Positions 13,800 through 23,833 of a DNA stretch of 64,000 bases are shown in pieces (the first letter of the stretch is position 1; each line of letters begins with the position of its first letter). Below the pieces are notes generated by a model. It had not been told where the DNA came from and made no database searches. It worked only from the letters and a program-made list of their open reading frames with translations. The DNA lies in the IMG/VR virus record IMGVR_UViG_3300037400_003033, positions 747 through 64,746 of that record; one strand, 5' to 3'. Both the position numbers and the translations under genes were made by a program. This DNA is from a virus (lineage: Duplodnaviria; Caudoviricetes).

Positions 13800-14239
13800 T
13801 GGGAAAGAAGAAAGAAGTATTTGTTGATGCTTTCGGTGATGCTGGACAGCCAGCAAAAAAGAAGAAACTGAAGAAAGATGGTTTTTTTAAAAAGCTCAAA
13901 GCAAAAATTGATGAGCTTTTTGATTCAGAAAATTTAACATTCAATGGAAAAGTTTTAATGTTGCTTATCTATGGAATGGTTTCTTCAATCGGTTTGATTG
14001 CTATGGCATCAATGGGCGACGTTATTGTTAAACTTATTTGGGCGTTCGCAAGATTTACAGCAGACTGCCCAACATTCGGTCCACTTTATGGAATTTGTTG
14101 GTTTACATTTGTTGTAAGTTTCTTGTCATTTCTTGCTTTGATGATTCTTAACGAAGCAGCTACTTTTATAAAGGCAGATAACGACGATGATATGCCAGAA
14201 CTTTTAACAAGTATTTTTGAAATAGTAGAGGAGAACTAA
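13799..14239 (+). CDS. Membrane protein
   Basis: Two hydrophobic helices; TAATG coupling. Confidence 0.8.
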   Translation: MGKKKEVFVDAFGDAGQPAKKKKLKKDGFFKKLKAKIDELFDSENLTFNGKVLMLLIYGMVSSIGLIAMASMGDVIVKLIWAFARFTADCPTFGPLYGICWFTFVVSFLSFLALMILNEAATFIKADNDDDMPELLTSIFEIVEEN

Positions 14240-14241
14240 TT

Positions 14242-14769
14242 ATGAAGGTTTATGTTAGTGGAAAAATGACAGGTCTTTCAGAAGAAAAAATTTGGGATAA
14301 TTTTAGAAAAGTTGAAACTTTTCTTGCTAAGCATGGACATTACGGTCATGAAAAAATTGAATCTGTCATGAACCCAGCTGTTACATATGCGATGCAGAAG
14401 TTCAATGCTTTCTCGTATGAAGATTGGCTGCACGTAGACTTCGCAATGCTTGATGCTTGTGATGCAGTTGCTCTTCTTCCAAACTGGAAAGATTCAATGG
14501 GAGCAAAGCGCGAAATTGCTTATGCTTACAAACACGGTAAAGAAGTTTGTTATCCAAACTTCATTCCTGCAAATGGTCGTCCTTTGTTTAAGTTTGACGG
14601 TGAAAAGTATAACAACTTTTATAAAGACGAAGAGCTTACAAAGAAGGTTGCCCTTGAAGTTGAAAAGTACGATACACGCAAGGCACTTGATAATCTCTTA
14701 GATGAATTCTGCGAGAGAAAGGCAAAAGAAACTTTGGAGGAAGAGATTGGACAAATACGAGCTCGCTGA
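14242..14769 (+). CDS. DUF4406 / nucleoside 2-deoxyribosyltransferase-like protein
   Basis: KVYVSGKMTG, NPA, MLDACDAVALLPNWKDSMGAKRE. Confidence 0.8.
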   Translation: MKVYVSGKMTGLSEEKIWDNFRKVETFLAKHGHYGHEKIESVMNPAVTYAMQKFNAFSYEDWLHVDFAMLDACDAVALLPNWKDSMGAKREIAYAYKHGKEVCYPNFIPANGRPLFKFDGEKYNNFYKDEELTKKVALEVEKYDTRKALDNLLDEFCERKAKETLEEEIGQIRAR

Positions 14770-15061
14770 GATACTCACAGCCGCTGCAGATGGAATTAAG
14801 GGTTGGTCAAAAGTAAAGGAAGCAGAATCCAAACTTGACGGACTCAGAAGAATATGTTATAATTTTTGTAAAGCGACAGTAATGGACGCTAACGAAATTC
14901 CTTCGTTGTCTTTACACGAACTTGGTGTTAGCAGCCCAATTGACGCTATAATTATGAAAATTAATAAATTTAATAATTCATCAAATAACAGTTATTTAAA
15001 ACGAGAAGCAGATGAACTTTACAGACAATTAACTTCAGAAGAACCGCCAAAGGAGGACTAA
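14747..15061 (+). CDS. Hypothetical protein
   Basis: Probable TTG start at 14747 after GGAGG (track start 14702). Confidence 0.65.
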   Translation: MDKYELAEILTAAADGIKGWSKVKEAESKLDGLRRICYNFCKATVMDANEIPSLSLHELGVSSPIDAIIMKINKFNNSSNNSYLKREADELYRQLTSEEPPKED

Positions 15062-15286
15062 ATGGCAGAATTCTCATTTGAAATCAAAGAAAAACTTGGA
15101 ACAATTTCTACGAGTGGCAAATACTCGAAAGAATTAAATATTATTTCATATAATGGCGCGGAGCCAAAGTATGATTTAAGAAACTGGACTACCGAAGAAG
15201 ATGGTTCAAAAAAAATGCAGAAAGGTTTGACTCTTACAAAAGAAGAAGTTTTGAAACTCAAAGAACTTCTTGCTACAATCAACTAA
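15062..15286 (+). CDS. PC4/YdbC-family ssDNA-binding protein
   Basis: KELNIISYNGAEPKYDLRNW..KMQKGLTLT. Confidence 0.9.
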   Translation: MAEFSFEIKEKLGTISTSGKYSKELNIISYNGAEPKYDLRNWTTEEDGSKKMQKGLTLTKEEVLKLKELLATIN

Positions 15287-15295
15287 GGAGGCAAT

Positions 15296-15490
15296 ATGTT
15301 TTTTCCATTGATAATAACAATTAACTCACTTGCTTTACTTCTTTGTTTATTTTGCGCAATTACAACAACAAGTGTTGGTGTTTTTATTATGGAAGTAATT
15401 TTTATTGTTCTTAACGCTTATTGTATTGTTGTAAATGTTAGAGCTTATAGGAGAAATAAAAAGTGTTCGGAAGAGAAAAACCAAAACTGA
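15296..15490 (+). CDS. Small membrane protein
   Basis: AGGAGG RBS; two TM helices, basic tail. Confidence 0.7.
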   Translation: MFFPLIITINSLALLLCLFCAITTTSVGVFIMEVIFIVLNAYCIVVNVRAYRRNKKCSEEKNQN

Positions 15491-15675
15491 TAAAATTTTA
15501 TGGCTTTGAAAGCCCTGACGGAAGTGGAATACTTTATGGTTCCACCGACCCAAAAGAAGCAGCAGAACTTGCCCACGGAATGAAGATGTGGAAAGATGTT
15601 GTTACGGGTGAAGCCAAGAACATTTATGGTGTCCCAGAGGGTGCCAAGAAGCATAAGAAAAAGAAGAAGAAATAA
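15463..15675 (+). CDS. Small basic protein
   Basis: ORF with poly-Lys tail; start uncertain. Confidence 0.55.
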   Translation: MFGREKPKLIKFYGFESPDGSGILYGSTDPKEAAELAHGMKMWKDVVTGEAKNIYGVPEGAKKHKKKKKK

Positions 15676-15756
15676 TTTACAAAATTTTATTTTCGTGATA
15701 TAATAAAACTGTAAGGAAGGAAGACCTTACAGTTTTTAATTTTTAGGAGTATAACT

Positions 15757-18024
15757 ATGAACTTACCAGCTTGTAAAGCAGAAATGGACAAATTCTCTAA
15801 AGGTTTGCTTTATCAGATTGTTCCTAACAAATCATTTAGCAATGTTTGCTACACTTACCGCATTTCTAACAGACTTGCTGGTAGTGTTTATCGTATTGCT
15901 TTGAATGATCAGCTTCCTGAAGAGTTACAGGAATGGTTGAAGACTATCGAGTTCGCTCATATTAAGTTGCAGCATTATGCAAAGCATCAGAGTTTGGACT
16001 TTAAGTTTTCAGCTCCAAAAATCAGAGCGGTTTATGAGAAACTTAAACCGTTGTTTGATGATCCAGTTCAGGATGTTGATAATATGTACGACATCTTTGA
16101 AGATTATATCTTCAAAATGTTGCGCGATTGGGAATGTCTTACAAAGTATTTCACAGAGGAAGAAGTAAGATATTTGGATACTCTTTATCCAGAAGAGTGT
16201 ATAATTGATGGAAAGCCAGTTTATCACATGCTTCCACAAGACGTTGGATATCCACCAGGATTAACAGCAAACGAGTATTTGCTTTTGATTTTGCAGAACC
16301 CTGAAGAGTGGTTTATGAATCAGGCTCAGGCACAAGCCCAGGCTAATCAGAGAAATAGACAACAGAACAATGGTACTCAGGGTGGTTGTAATACAAATCA
16401 GAGCAGTTCTTCAAGTGGTGGTCAGCCAGACGAATCTGATATGAACCACAATAAAGAAGAGAAGGACAAGCCTAAGAAGAACAACCAGCAGCAGAATGGT
16501 CAGAACGGACAAAACGGTCAGAGTGGTCAGAATGGACAGCAGAATCAGCAACAGCAGAACCAAAATCAGAATGGTTCTCAGAATGGACAGCAGAATCAGC
16601 AGCAGGGTATGGGAACTGATCAACAGAACCAGGACGCTGCAGCAAATACTCAGACACAGGATTGGAAAGATGCAAAAAATCAGAATGAAAATAGCGGCTC
16701 TCAGAATAAAGGTGGCTCTTCTTCTAACAACAAAGATGGAGATACTGAAGATAGAGATTCACAAAGTGCTGGCTCCTCAGGTGGACAGAGTAAATCTGAC
16801 GATAAATCTGAAAGCGGATCAGACGGAGTAGGCGGAGGTTCTTCAGATGAAGAAAAAGGCAGTGAAGACAAAGAATCCTCTAACGGGGGAAGTTCATCTA
16901 AAGACGGAAATGACTCCGACGACAGAAACGGAGATTCTAGTTCTAGCGGCGGAAGCTCTGATAGAGGAGACTCAACCGAAGATGAACAGAACTCAAATGC
17001 AGGCGGAAGTGAAGAAGATGGTGAGAAGTCTGAAGATGACGGATCCACAGCTTCTAACGACGCATCTTCTGAAGGTTCTGATGAATCTAGTGGAAGCGGA
17101 GAAGATTTATCAGGAGACGGAAATGAATCCGAAGACGATTCTAACAGTGAATCAGAGGCTGAAGGCGATAATGCAGATCAGTCAGGCGAAGGAGGAGATA
17201 GCCAGGATTCAGAAGATGGAATGGCTGGAGAAGAAGCTGATGGAGATGTAGAAGAACCACATCAGCCAACAAAAGAAGAACTTGAAGAAATGATTAAGAA
17301 CTTTGTTCAGAAACTTGTTACAGACTATCAGAAAATGATGGAAACAAAGGCTGAACAGTCTGCAGCACAGAACCAGGAAATTGCAGGCTACTCTCGTGGT
17401 GGTGGCGGTGGACAGGGCACAGTTCTCGCAGATGGTTGTTCTAACTGGGTTGATTTTGAAGGACTTGAAAAAGAAGTAAAGGAACTTTTGATTAACCGCA
17501 GTATCACAACTTCTAAGAGAGATCTTCTTTACAACTATAACCGTGGACGCGGTTGTGGTGATGTTCTTACTCCACGTTATCGTGAAGAAACACGCTATGA
17601 AGATGTTCCAATGACAGTAATTCTTGATGTTTCAGGTTCTATTTCTGAAAAGAATATTTTGGGATTCTGTAATATCTTTAAGAATGTTTCAAAAATGGTT
17701 GATAAGAAATGTACAATTGTTTTGTGGGATACAGAACTTCGTGCAATCTTTGATTCTAGAGATGAAATTAAAGCAGTTTCAGGTGGTGGAACAGATATTG
17801 GAGCAGGTATTAACTATGTTAAGAAACAGATGCAGCCATCTGATATTGGAAACCTTTTCGTAGTATCAGACTGTTGTGATAATCTTGAAGAGTGGAACCT
17901 TGAAGGATTTGATACATCTTACCTTGTATGTTGGAGTGGTATGAATGCCATTGAACAGTATGCAGGTAATAAGTTCAACGAGTTCTGTGGACAGTTCGAA
18001 AAGATTTTGGTTAAGAACGATTAG
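15757..18024 (+). CDS. DUF2201-like metallopeptidase/vWA protein with long Q/N and S/D/E/G low-complexity linker
   Basis: EFAHIKLQH; C-terminal MIDAS DVSGS, GGGTD, VSDC; promoter TTTACA 15676-TATAAT 15699. Confidence 0.85.
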   Translation: MNLPACKAEMDKFSKGLLYQIVPNKSFSNVCYTYRISNRLAGSVYRIALNDQLPEELQEWLKTIEFAHIKLQHYAKHQSLDFKFSAPKIRAVYEKLKPLFDDPVQDVDNMYDIFEDYIFKMLRDWECLTKYFTEEEVRYLDTLYPEECIIDGKPVYHMLPQDVGYPPGLTANEYLLLILQNPEEWFMNQAQAQAQANQRNRQQNNGTQGGCNTNQSSSSSGGQPDESDMNHNKEEKDKPKKNNQQQNGQNGQNGQSGQNGQQNQQQQNQNQNGSQNGQQNQQQGMGTDQQNQDAAANTQTQDWKDAKNQNENSGSQNKGGSSSNNKDGDTEDRDSQSAGSSGGQSKSDDKSESGSDGVGGGSSDEEKGSEDKESSNGGSSSKDGNDSDDRNGDSSSSGGSSDRGDSTEDEQNSNAGGSEEDGEKSEDDGSTASNDASSEGSDESSGSGEDLSGDGNESEDDSNSESEAEGDNADQSGEGGDSQDSEDGMAGEEADGDVEEPHQPTKEELEEMIKNFVQKLVTDYQKMMETKAEQSAAQNQEIAGYSRGGGGGQGTVLADGCSNWVDFEGLEKEVKELLINRSITTSKRDLLYNYNRGRGCGDVLTPRYREETRYEDVPMTVILDVSGSISEKNILGFCNIFKNVSKMVDKKCTIVLWDTELRAIFDSRDEIKAVSGGGTDIGAGINYVKKQMQPSDIGNLFVVSDCCDNLEEWNLEGFDTSYLVCWSGMNAIEQYAGNKFNEFCGQFEKILVKND

Positions 18025-18119
18025 TATAATGAGAGCAGGGACACACCTGCTCTCTATAATTTACAAAAAAGCGAGTTTATGATATAATAAATTAAGATTT
18101 AGTTAAACGGAGAAAAAAA

Positions 18120-20204
18120 ATGGAATCAACATTTAATATGGCTGCTACCGCAGAAGCATTTCAGATTTTGAGTAGCAATTTGTATTCAAATCCAAAATTA
18201 GCAATTATTCGTGAGTTAAGTACAAACGCTTATGACTCACATCGTGATGCGGGCAAGGATGACGAGCCTTTTTATCTGCATCTTCCAACAGAGAGTGAAC
18301 AGTTCTTCTGTATCAGAGATTTTGGAACTGGTATCCCTGAAGATTTGATTTATAACATTTATGTTAATTACTTCACATCTACAAAATCAGACAGAGAAGA
18401 TCAGACTGGTTATTTTGGACTTGGTTCAAAGACTCCATTTTCTCTTGTTGATAAATATTTTGTAACTTCTTACAGTGAAGGCAAGAAGATTACTTACAAG
18501 ATGGAAAAGAAAAACGGTTTACCTACCGTTGAAAAAATAAATGAAGAGCCTATTGGTAATGAGCCAACGGGACTTGAAATTAGATTTGATTTGAAAAATC
18601 TTCCAGGCTGGGAATACAGAGAATGGGATCGTGAAGCACGCGAATTCTTTAAGGGAACTTCATTCCTCCCTGATATAAATACACTTAATGAAGACCCAAG
18701 TTTTGATTGGGAAGCATTCGCAAAAGATAGAGAGTTCTATTCTATGGACTCTATCAAAATTGGTTCTTGTGGTTATAGCCCGAAGATTACTGTTAATGTA
18801 GCAGGCGTAAATTTTAAAGTTGATATTGATGACTTGAAAGCACGCGGTGACGAAATCAAGAGTTGGTTCCGTTCTGCGGGTGTTGAGGAAATCAATATTA
18901 TGTCGGGCAAATCAGATGTATCTCTTACACCTTCTCGTGAAGTTTTACACTATGACGACAAGACAGTTGAATTTATCTGTAATGGTGTAAAGAAAGTTAT
19001 CGGTGAATACTATGATAAAATCAATCAGAACTTCGATAACTACCATTTTACAGATGCAGTTAAACTTCGCGCAAATCAGTCTTATGATACTGATTTGAAC
19101 GCAAAGATCGAAAACAAGATTAAAGATCTTTTCTTCAGCAAGTCTTTGATTATAAGACGTGGTGGAAGAGGAGCACATCTTGATGTTTCATCACCAGTAT
19201 CATACAACACTGGTTGGCGCGGAACCCCTGACAAATACATCTTCGTAGACTTCAATGGAATTAAGTCTACAGTTAAGCAGGGCGTAGTAGATAACTTCTT
19301 ATCACTTCAGACATTTGATGATAAGGGAAAACTTACTTCTACTTCATTTGCAAATGTTGTTAAGTCTTTTGACCCAGACCACGATTACGTTGTTTTGTTC
19401 CCTAAGGATTACAAGAATGCCGACAATATGAAGGCTTGTAAGGAGTTCTTGGGTGATGACGTAAAGTGCGTTAAGTGGGCAGACTACTGCGATGCAAAGA
19501 AAGAAGCAAGTGGTAGAAAACTTGGTTTCAAAACTCAACAGACTATGACATTTAGACGTGTTAATGGTCAGAACCAGGGAACAACTTATGGTTATTACAG
19601 AAGTGGTACACCTGATTTGGCTGCAGATGAAATCGGTGTTCTTATCGAAGAAACACTTGCAGGAAGAGCATCTGATTATATCAGAATTCTTAATGACCTT
19701 GATATTGATTACAATGTTGTTGTAAGACCTTGTAAGGATACAGTATTCAAGAAGTACAAGGATAAGGGTTTTCAAACTCTTAAAGAATATGTTGATGATG
19801 TTGTTAAAGCAAACATCGACAAAATCAAAGTAGAACTTGAGAACTGTAGAAAGAAAGAAGCAGTTGCTGCAGTAACTAAGGGTTATTATGACGAGAAGTT
19901 TGCAGAAGTAATCAATGATCCAGCTTACGATGAACTTGAAGCAGATGAGAACTTCAAGTTGTTAAGAGAGTTGTACACAAAAGAAGTATTCGATGCAGAA
20001 TATCACAGATCATTCACTATGTGTGGAGTTGATGATGTTCCAGAATATAAGATTGACTTTTCTGCTTATCCGATGTATAATTTATGTAAACAAACAATAA
20101 GTTATGACGCGGAGAATTACAGACTTCTTTTCGACTATATGAAACTTTGTCGAAAAGACCCTTCATTTCAAACTCAAAAAAAAATTGAAGAAGCAGCCGC
20201 TTAA
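18120..20204 (+). CDS. rIIA-like protein with N-terminal GHKL (HSP90-like) ATPase domain
   Basis: LYSNPKLAIIRELSTNAYDSH, IRDFGTGI, STK, GYFGLGSKTPFS; promoter TTTACA 18060-TATAAT 18083. Confidence 0.85.
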   Translation: MESTFNMAATAEAFQILSSNLYSNPKLAIIRELSTNAYDSHRDAGKDDEPFYLHLPTESEQFFCIRDFGTGIPEDLIYNIYVNYFTSTKSDREDQTGYFGLGSKTPFSLVDKYFVTSYSEGKKITYKMEKKNGLPTVEKINEEPIGNEPTGLEIRFDLKNLPGWEYREWDREAREFFKGTSFLPDINTLNEDPSFDWEAFAKDREFYSMDSIKIGSCGYSPKITVNVAGVNFKVDIDDLKARGDEIKSWFRSAGVEEINIMSGKSDVSLTPSREVLHYDDKTVEFICNGVKKVIGEYYDKINQNFDNYHFTDAVKLRANQSYDTDLNAKIENKIKDLFFSKSLIIRRGGRGAHLDVSSPVSYNTGWRGTPDKYIFVDFNGIKSTVKQGVVDNFLSLQTFDDKGKLTSTSFANVVKSFDPDHDYVVLFPKDYKNADNMKACKEFLGDDVKCVKWADYCDAKKEASGRKLGFKTQQTMTFRRVNGQNQGTTYGYYRSGTPDLAADEIGVLIEETLAGRASDYIRILNDLDIDYNVVVRPCKDTVFKKYKDKGFQTLKEYVDDVVKANIDKIKVELENCRKKEAVAAVTKGYYDEKFAEVINDPAYDELEADENFKLLRELYTKEVFDAEYHRSFTMCGVDDVPEYKIDFSAYPMYNLCKQTISYDAENYRLLFDYMKLCRKDPSFQTQKKIEEAAA

Positions 20205-20303
20205 TTAAAACCAGCCTTCGGGCTGGTCATTATGATTTACAAAATTTTGAATTCGTGTTAAAATATTAACATAAAGAAAAACAAATAAGGAAGGAAGAAA
20301 ATT

Positions 20304-21800
20304 ATGAGTATTTCACAAAACATTTATGACTACATCGAGTTGTCAAAAATCACAAAGCAGCCGATCTTGCTGATTTCTAACCCAGGTTATGGTAAAACAA
20401 CATCTATTACCAATTGGGCAAAAGAAAAAGGCTATCACTATGAACAGTTGATTGGTTCACGCTTTAGTCCTGATGATATTATGGGTTATCAGGTAAATGA
20501 GCCAGGAGCTCCAACACTTATTCAGAAGGATCCAATTTGGTTCCAGCGTATTATCAGCGCAGAGAACGACGGAACACCAACAGTTCTTTTCTGTGATGAG
20601 ATTTCAACTTGTTCTGAACAGGTTCAGGGTTCTTTGCTTTCGCTTATCTTCGACCGCAGAATTGGTAATGGTAAGGAATTGCCAGAAGATTGTATCATTA
20701 TTGCAGCTGCTAACTATTCAGAAAACTTGCCAAGTTTTATGAATATTATGGCACCAACAATCAACCGTTTCTGTATTGTAAACCTCCTTTGGGGATACAA
20801 CAACGCTGAAGTTATTAAAGAGTGTCTTGTACATCAGACACCAAAAACAAGAGCAGTTTCAGAAGTTGACGAAGACGAAATTGAAAAAGAATATAACGAG
20901 ATGATTAACGATCTTATCGTTAAGTATTCTCGCGTTGATAGTTCTCTTGGTTATATCGACCTTCAGAACCACGATATTGCAAATATTTATAAGAGAAAGG
21001 GAAATGTTTATAACATCCTTTCTTGGCGTTCAATTACTTACTTGAAAGAGTTCGTAAAGGCTTTGGCTAAACTTGGTATTGATGACCCAGTTGTTATCAA
21101 GAATGTCTGCGCAGGTATGATTGGACTTGGTTCAAACAACTTCAAGACAGAAGACCAGGTTGAAGCATTTATCAACTTGGTTGCTGACCACGTTAAGCAG
21201 ATTGTTGAAGCCAACGTTAATGACGGTATGGATACAGCAATCGATCCAAACGCTAAACTTTCTGATATTATCAACGAGTATGTTGCAAGACTTGAGTCTT
21301 CAAACACACTTGGTTCTACAAAGTATGAAAATGCTTTGATTGATAAGATTTCTCAGAAGTATGGTGATTGGACAGAAACCTACAGAAGATTGGAAAAGGC
21401 TGTTGAAGCAGCAAAGAAGAGCGGCAACAAGGTAGTACCTGAAGCAACTGAATTCATTAACGATATGGATTCTATCGCACTTCTTATCAATAAGGTTTCT
21501 CAGCAGAACGCCGAAACAATCGCCGATATTCACCAGTCTTGCTCAGGCATGTATAACAACTTACTTGGAACAGACAACAAGTTCTCTAAAGAAATTTATG
21601 GAACTTTGGCACCACAGGTTATCAAATCTGTAATTCTTGGAAAAGACAAGAATGGCGACGTATGTCGTGTAGGTGTGTTTGGTGAAGGTAAGAAATCTTA
21701 TGTTGTAATTCCAGGCAGCACTAAGGTTTTCAAGGCTACACTTTCAAGACTTATTCGTGAAGACAACTTCGAAAAGTTGACTCTCGACAAGATCTTGTAA
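20304..21800 (+). CDS. MoxR-like AAA+ ATPase
   Basis: Walker A SNPGYGKTT, Walker B LFCDE, AAANY, NRF; promoter TTTACA 20236-TAAAAT 20259. Confidence 0.88.
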   Translation: MSISQNIYDYIELSKITKQPILLISNPGYGKTTSITNWAKEKGYHYEQLIGSRFSPDDIMGYQVNEPGAPTLIQKDPIWFQRIISAENDGTPTVLFCDEISTCSEQVQGSLLSLIFDRRIGNGKELPEDCIIIAAANYSENLPSFMNIMAPTINRFCIVNLLWGYNNAEVIKECLVHQTPKTRAVSEVDEDEIEKEYNEMINDLIVKYSRVDSSLGYIDLQNHDIANIYKRKGNVYNILSWRSITYLKEFVKALAKLGIDDPVVIKNVCAGMIGLGSNNFKTEDQVEAFINLVADHVKQIVEANVNDGMDTAIDPNAKLSDIINEYVARLESSNTLGSTKYENALIDKISQKYGDWTETYRRLEKAVEAAKKSGNKVVPEATEFINDMDSIALLINKVSQQNAETIADIHQSCSGMYNNLLGTDNKFSKEIYGTLAPQVIKSVILGKDKNGDVCRVGVFGEGKKSYVVIPGSTKVFKATLSRLIREDNFEKLTLDKIL

Positions 21801-21806
21801 TTAAGG

Positions 21807-21835
21807 GAGGGGCTAGTGATAGCCCCTCTTTTTTT
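21807..21835 (+). terminator. Intrinsic terminator
   Basis: GAGGGGCTA-gtga-TAGCCCCTC plus T7. Confidence 0.9.
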
Positions 21836-21838
21836 GAG

Positions 21839-22375
21839 GTGTATATGATTGATAATGTAAATTTTGAAAAAGACATTTGGTGTAGCGGTGAAGATTGCGA
21901 CATACAAAATGCAATAGTGAGAGATTTCTTTGAAAAACTTTGGGACACTTCAATGCAAGGTCAGAATACAGATACCCAAATAATTCTAGATATATTAGAA
22001 AGCTATTGCGACGGAGATAAAGAAGTTCTTAATGAATTTTTCTACGATGTTGTTAGCGACGGTGAAGTAACTGACAGAGATCTTGAAAAGTGTTATGAAG
22101 ATGTTTACTGTGAATGGAAGATTGGAACTTGCACAGAAGACGGTGTAGCAAAAGAAATCATGTTCATAATGAATACAAGTGAAAGCCCTTATTTTAGTTG
22201 GGATGAAAATCTTGATAATTTTGACTTTATCTTTATCGATCCATCTAAGCCACGCAACTTAGACAGCACTACAATCAATTGGATTGAAAAAGAAGTAAAC
22301 GGCTTAACACTTGGTTCAGGTGGAACAGTACAGATAAATGATGTGCTTGATATTTTGAAAAAAGCAAGAGGTTAG
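21839..22375 (+). CDS. Hypothetical acidic protein
   Basis: GAGGT RBS; start may be ATG 21845. Confidence 0.75.
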   Translation: MYMIDNVNFEKDIWCSGEDCDIQNAIVRDFFEKLWDTSMQGQNTDTQIILDILESYCDGDKEVLNEFFYDVVSDGEVTDRDLEKCYEDVYCEWKIGTCTEDGVAKEIMFIMNTSESPYFSWDENLDNFDFIFIDPSKPRNLDSTTINWIEKEVNGLTLGSGGTVQINDVLDILKKARG

Positions 22376-22376
22376 A

Positions 22377-22637
22377 ATGACAGTTGATGAACTTAAACAG
22401 AAATTAGTAGATAATGATTGTGAAGATACAATAGTATTTGAAAACCCTGACTACGCAGACGCGTTTGTTGGAGTCACTATGGAAGATATTGCAGTTTACG
22501 ATTTTGATAAAATGGTTGAATGTCTTATGAAACAAGACAACATTCCTTACGAAGAAGCTGCTGAGTTCATCGACTACAACACCATTGGTGCCTATTTTGG
22601 AGAGAAGACACCAATCATTATTAGGAAACTTTTATGA
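22377..22637 (+). CDS. Small phage protein of unknown function
   Basis: GAGGT RBS. Confidence 0.8.
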   Translation: MTVDELKQKLVDNDCEDTIVFENPDYADAFVGVTMEDIAVYDFDKMVECLMKQDNIPYEEAAEFIDYNTIGAYFGEKTPIIIRKLL

Positions 22638-23158
22638 GAACAGATCTATGTGTATCATTTCAATTTGTAAGACGCTTAGAAATCTATCTCTGTTATAACG
22701 AAAATTTAAACAGAGTTATTGCTTGCACAGAAAAAGATTTTGAAGTTGATTCTTTTAATGAAGAATCTAAAATAAGTGATTATAAACCTTTCTATGTTAT
22801 CAACATGGGCGGTTTTGAAAAAGAATTAAATGAAATGTTTCATGGTACTGTAACTGTTGGTGAGCCTTGGGTTGAAAGTTTTTATAACTCTAAAGAATTT
22901 AGAGCATCAGAATTTAAGTTGCTTTTGATTTTTGCGAAAGATGCTTTTGATAATGAGTTGTTAACTTGGAATACTATAAAAGACAAAACTAAAGGTCATG
23001 ACTTTTATAATCTTGTAGACCCAAAGGATTTTGATTTACTAATTAAAATAACTCAGTTTGAAACAACTCACGAAGGTGAAGAAGTTTTTACTGATAAACA
23101 AATAGCGTACGACACAAAAGAAGGAAAGGTTATATTTGATAGTTTTGGAGGAGTTTGA
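22634..23158 (+). CDS. Hypothetical protein
   Basis: ATGA overlap. Confidence 0.75.
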   Translation: MRTDLCVSFQFVRRLEIYLCYNENLNRVIACTEKDFEVDSFNEESKISDYKPFYVINMGGFEKELNEMFHGTVTVGEPWVESFYNSKEFRASEFKLLLIFAKDAFDNELLTWNTIKDKTKGHDFYNLVDPKDFDLLIKITQFETTHEGEEVFTDKQIAYDTKEGKVIFDSFGGV

Positions 23159-23688
23159 TGGCAACAACATTGGATGACTTTGATAGATATGATTCACTTT
23201 ATTATACTCACTCAGAAGAAGAACCAGCTACCTCCTACTTGATTTTTAATTGTGGAACATATTATGTTTATAAAAAAGATGAGGAATATTATCTCCTATC
23301 TGAAGAGCAAATGACTTGCGAAACATTTGGGGATAAAACTTGGCTTGATGATTATGAGTTCATTCAACCATTAGAATTATTCTTTAGAACGAGAGAAGAA
23401 AATGTAACGAGATTGTTTCCCGAATTTAATTTTGATAATTTTAAGAAACACTCTAGGTATAGATTAGAAACTGCTAAACTTTTAATAAGCAAACTTAATT
23501 ATACTGTTATTAGCAGCATTATTAAGGATTATGTTAGAAAACTATTATGCTTAGATGATATATTTGTTGAGTTTGATACAGAGCCAGCGCATCTTTCAAT
23601 TATGCAAGTAGTCAGACACGACGTGCGTAAGTTTGTATATGACATAAAACGCGAAGCGGTGACAACAGATGCATTCGAGGTGTGTTAG
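23155..23688 (+). CDS. Hypothetical protein
   Basis: GGAGGAG RBS; ATGA overlap. Confidence 0.75.
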   Translation: MMATTLDDFDRYDSLYYTHSEEEPATSYLIFNCGTYYVYKKDEEYYLLSEEQMTCETFGDKTWLDDYEFIQPLELFFRTREENVTRLFPEFNFDNFKKHSRYRLETAKLLISKLNYTVISSIIKDYVRKLLCLDDIFVEFDTEPAHLSIMQVVRHDVRKFVYDIKREAVTTDAFEVC

Positions 23689-23753
23689 TGGATTTTGTAA
23701 TTTGTGTTATTATAGGAATTATCATTGGTGTACTCATACCAGTGAAAAAATAA
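23688..23753 (+). CDS. 21-aa hydrophobic microprotein (MDFVICVIIGIIIGVLIPVKK)
   Basis: GAGGTG RBS, GTG start overlapping upstream stop; not in track. Confidence 0.55.
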   Translation: MDFVICVIIGIIIGVLIPVKK

Positions 23754-23772
23754 ATTCATAGTTTTACTTCCA

Positions 23773-23799
23773 GCGGGTAGGCGGGTGCCTACCCGTTTT
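23773..23799 (+). terminator. Intrinsic terminator
   Basis: GCGGGTAGGC-gggt-GCCTACCCGT plus T run. Confidence 0.8.
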
Positions 23800-23833
23800 G
23801 CGTTGTTTGAACCATTACACCTAAGTTAAATGT

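Noticed and set aside
15705-15737. 12-bp hairpin in the vWA 5' region as an attenuator
   Set aside because: Overlaps the predicted start site of the 15676 promoter and has no leader ORF; simpler as a terminator for upstream transcription.
16480-16620. Short tandem repeats as possible CRISPR or VNTR
   Set aside because: Imperfect in-frame codon repeats encoding Q/N/G; no constant repeat with unique spacers. No CRISPR array or cas gene seen in the window.
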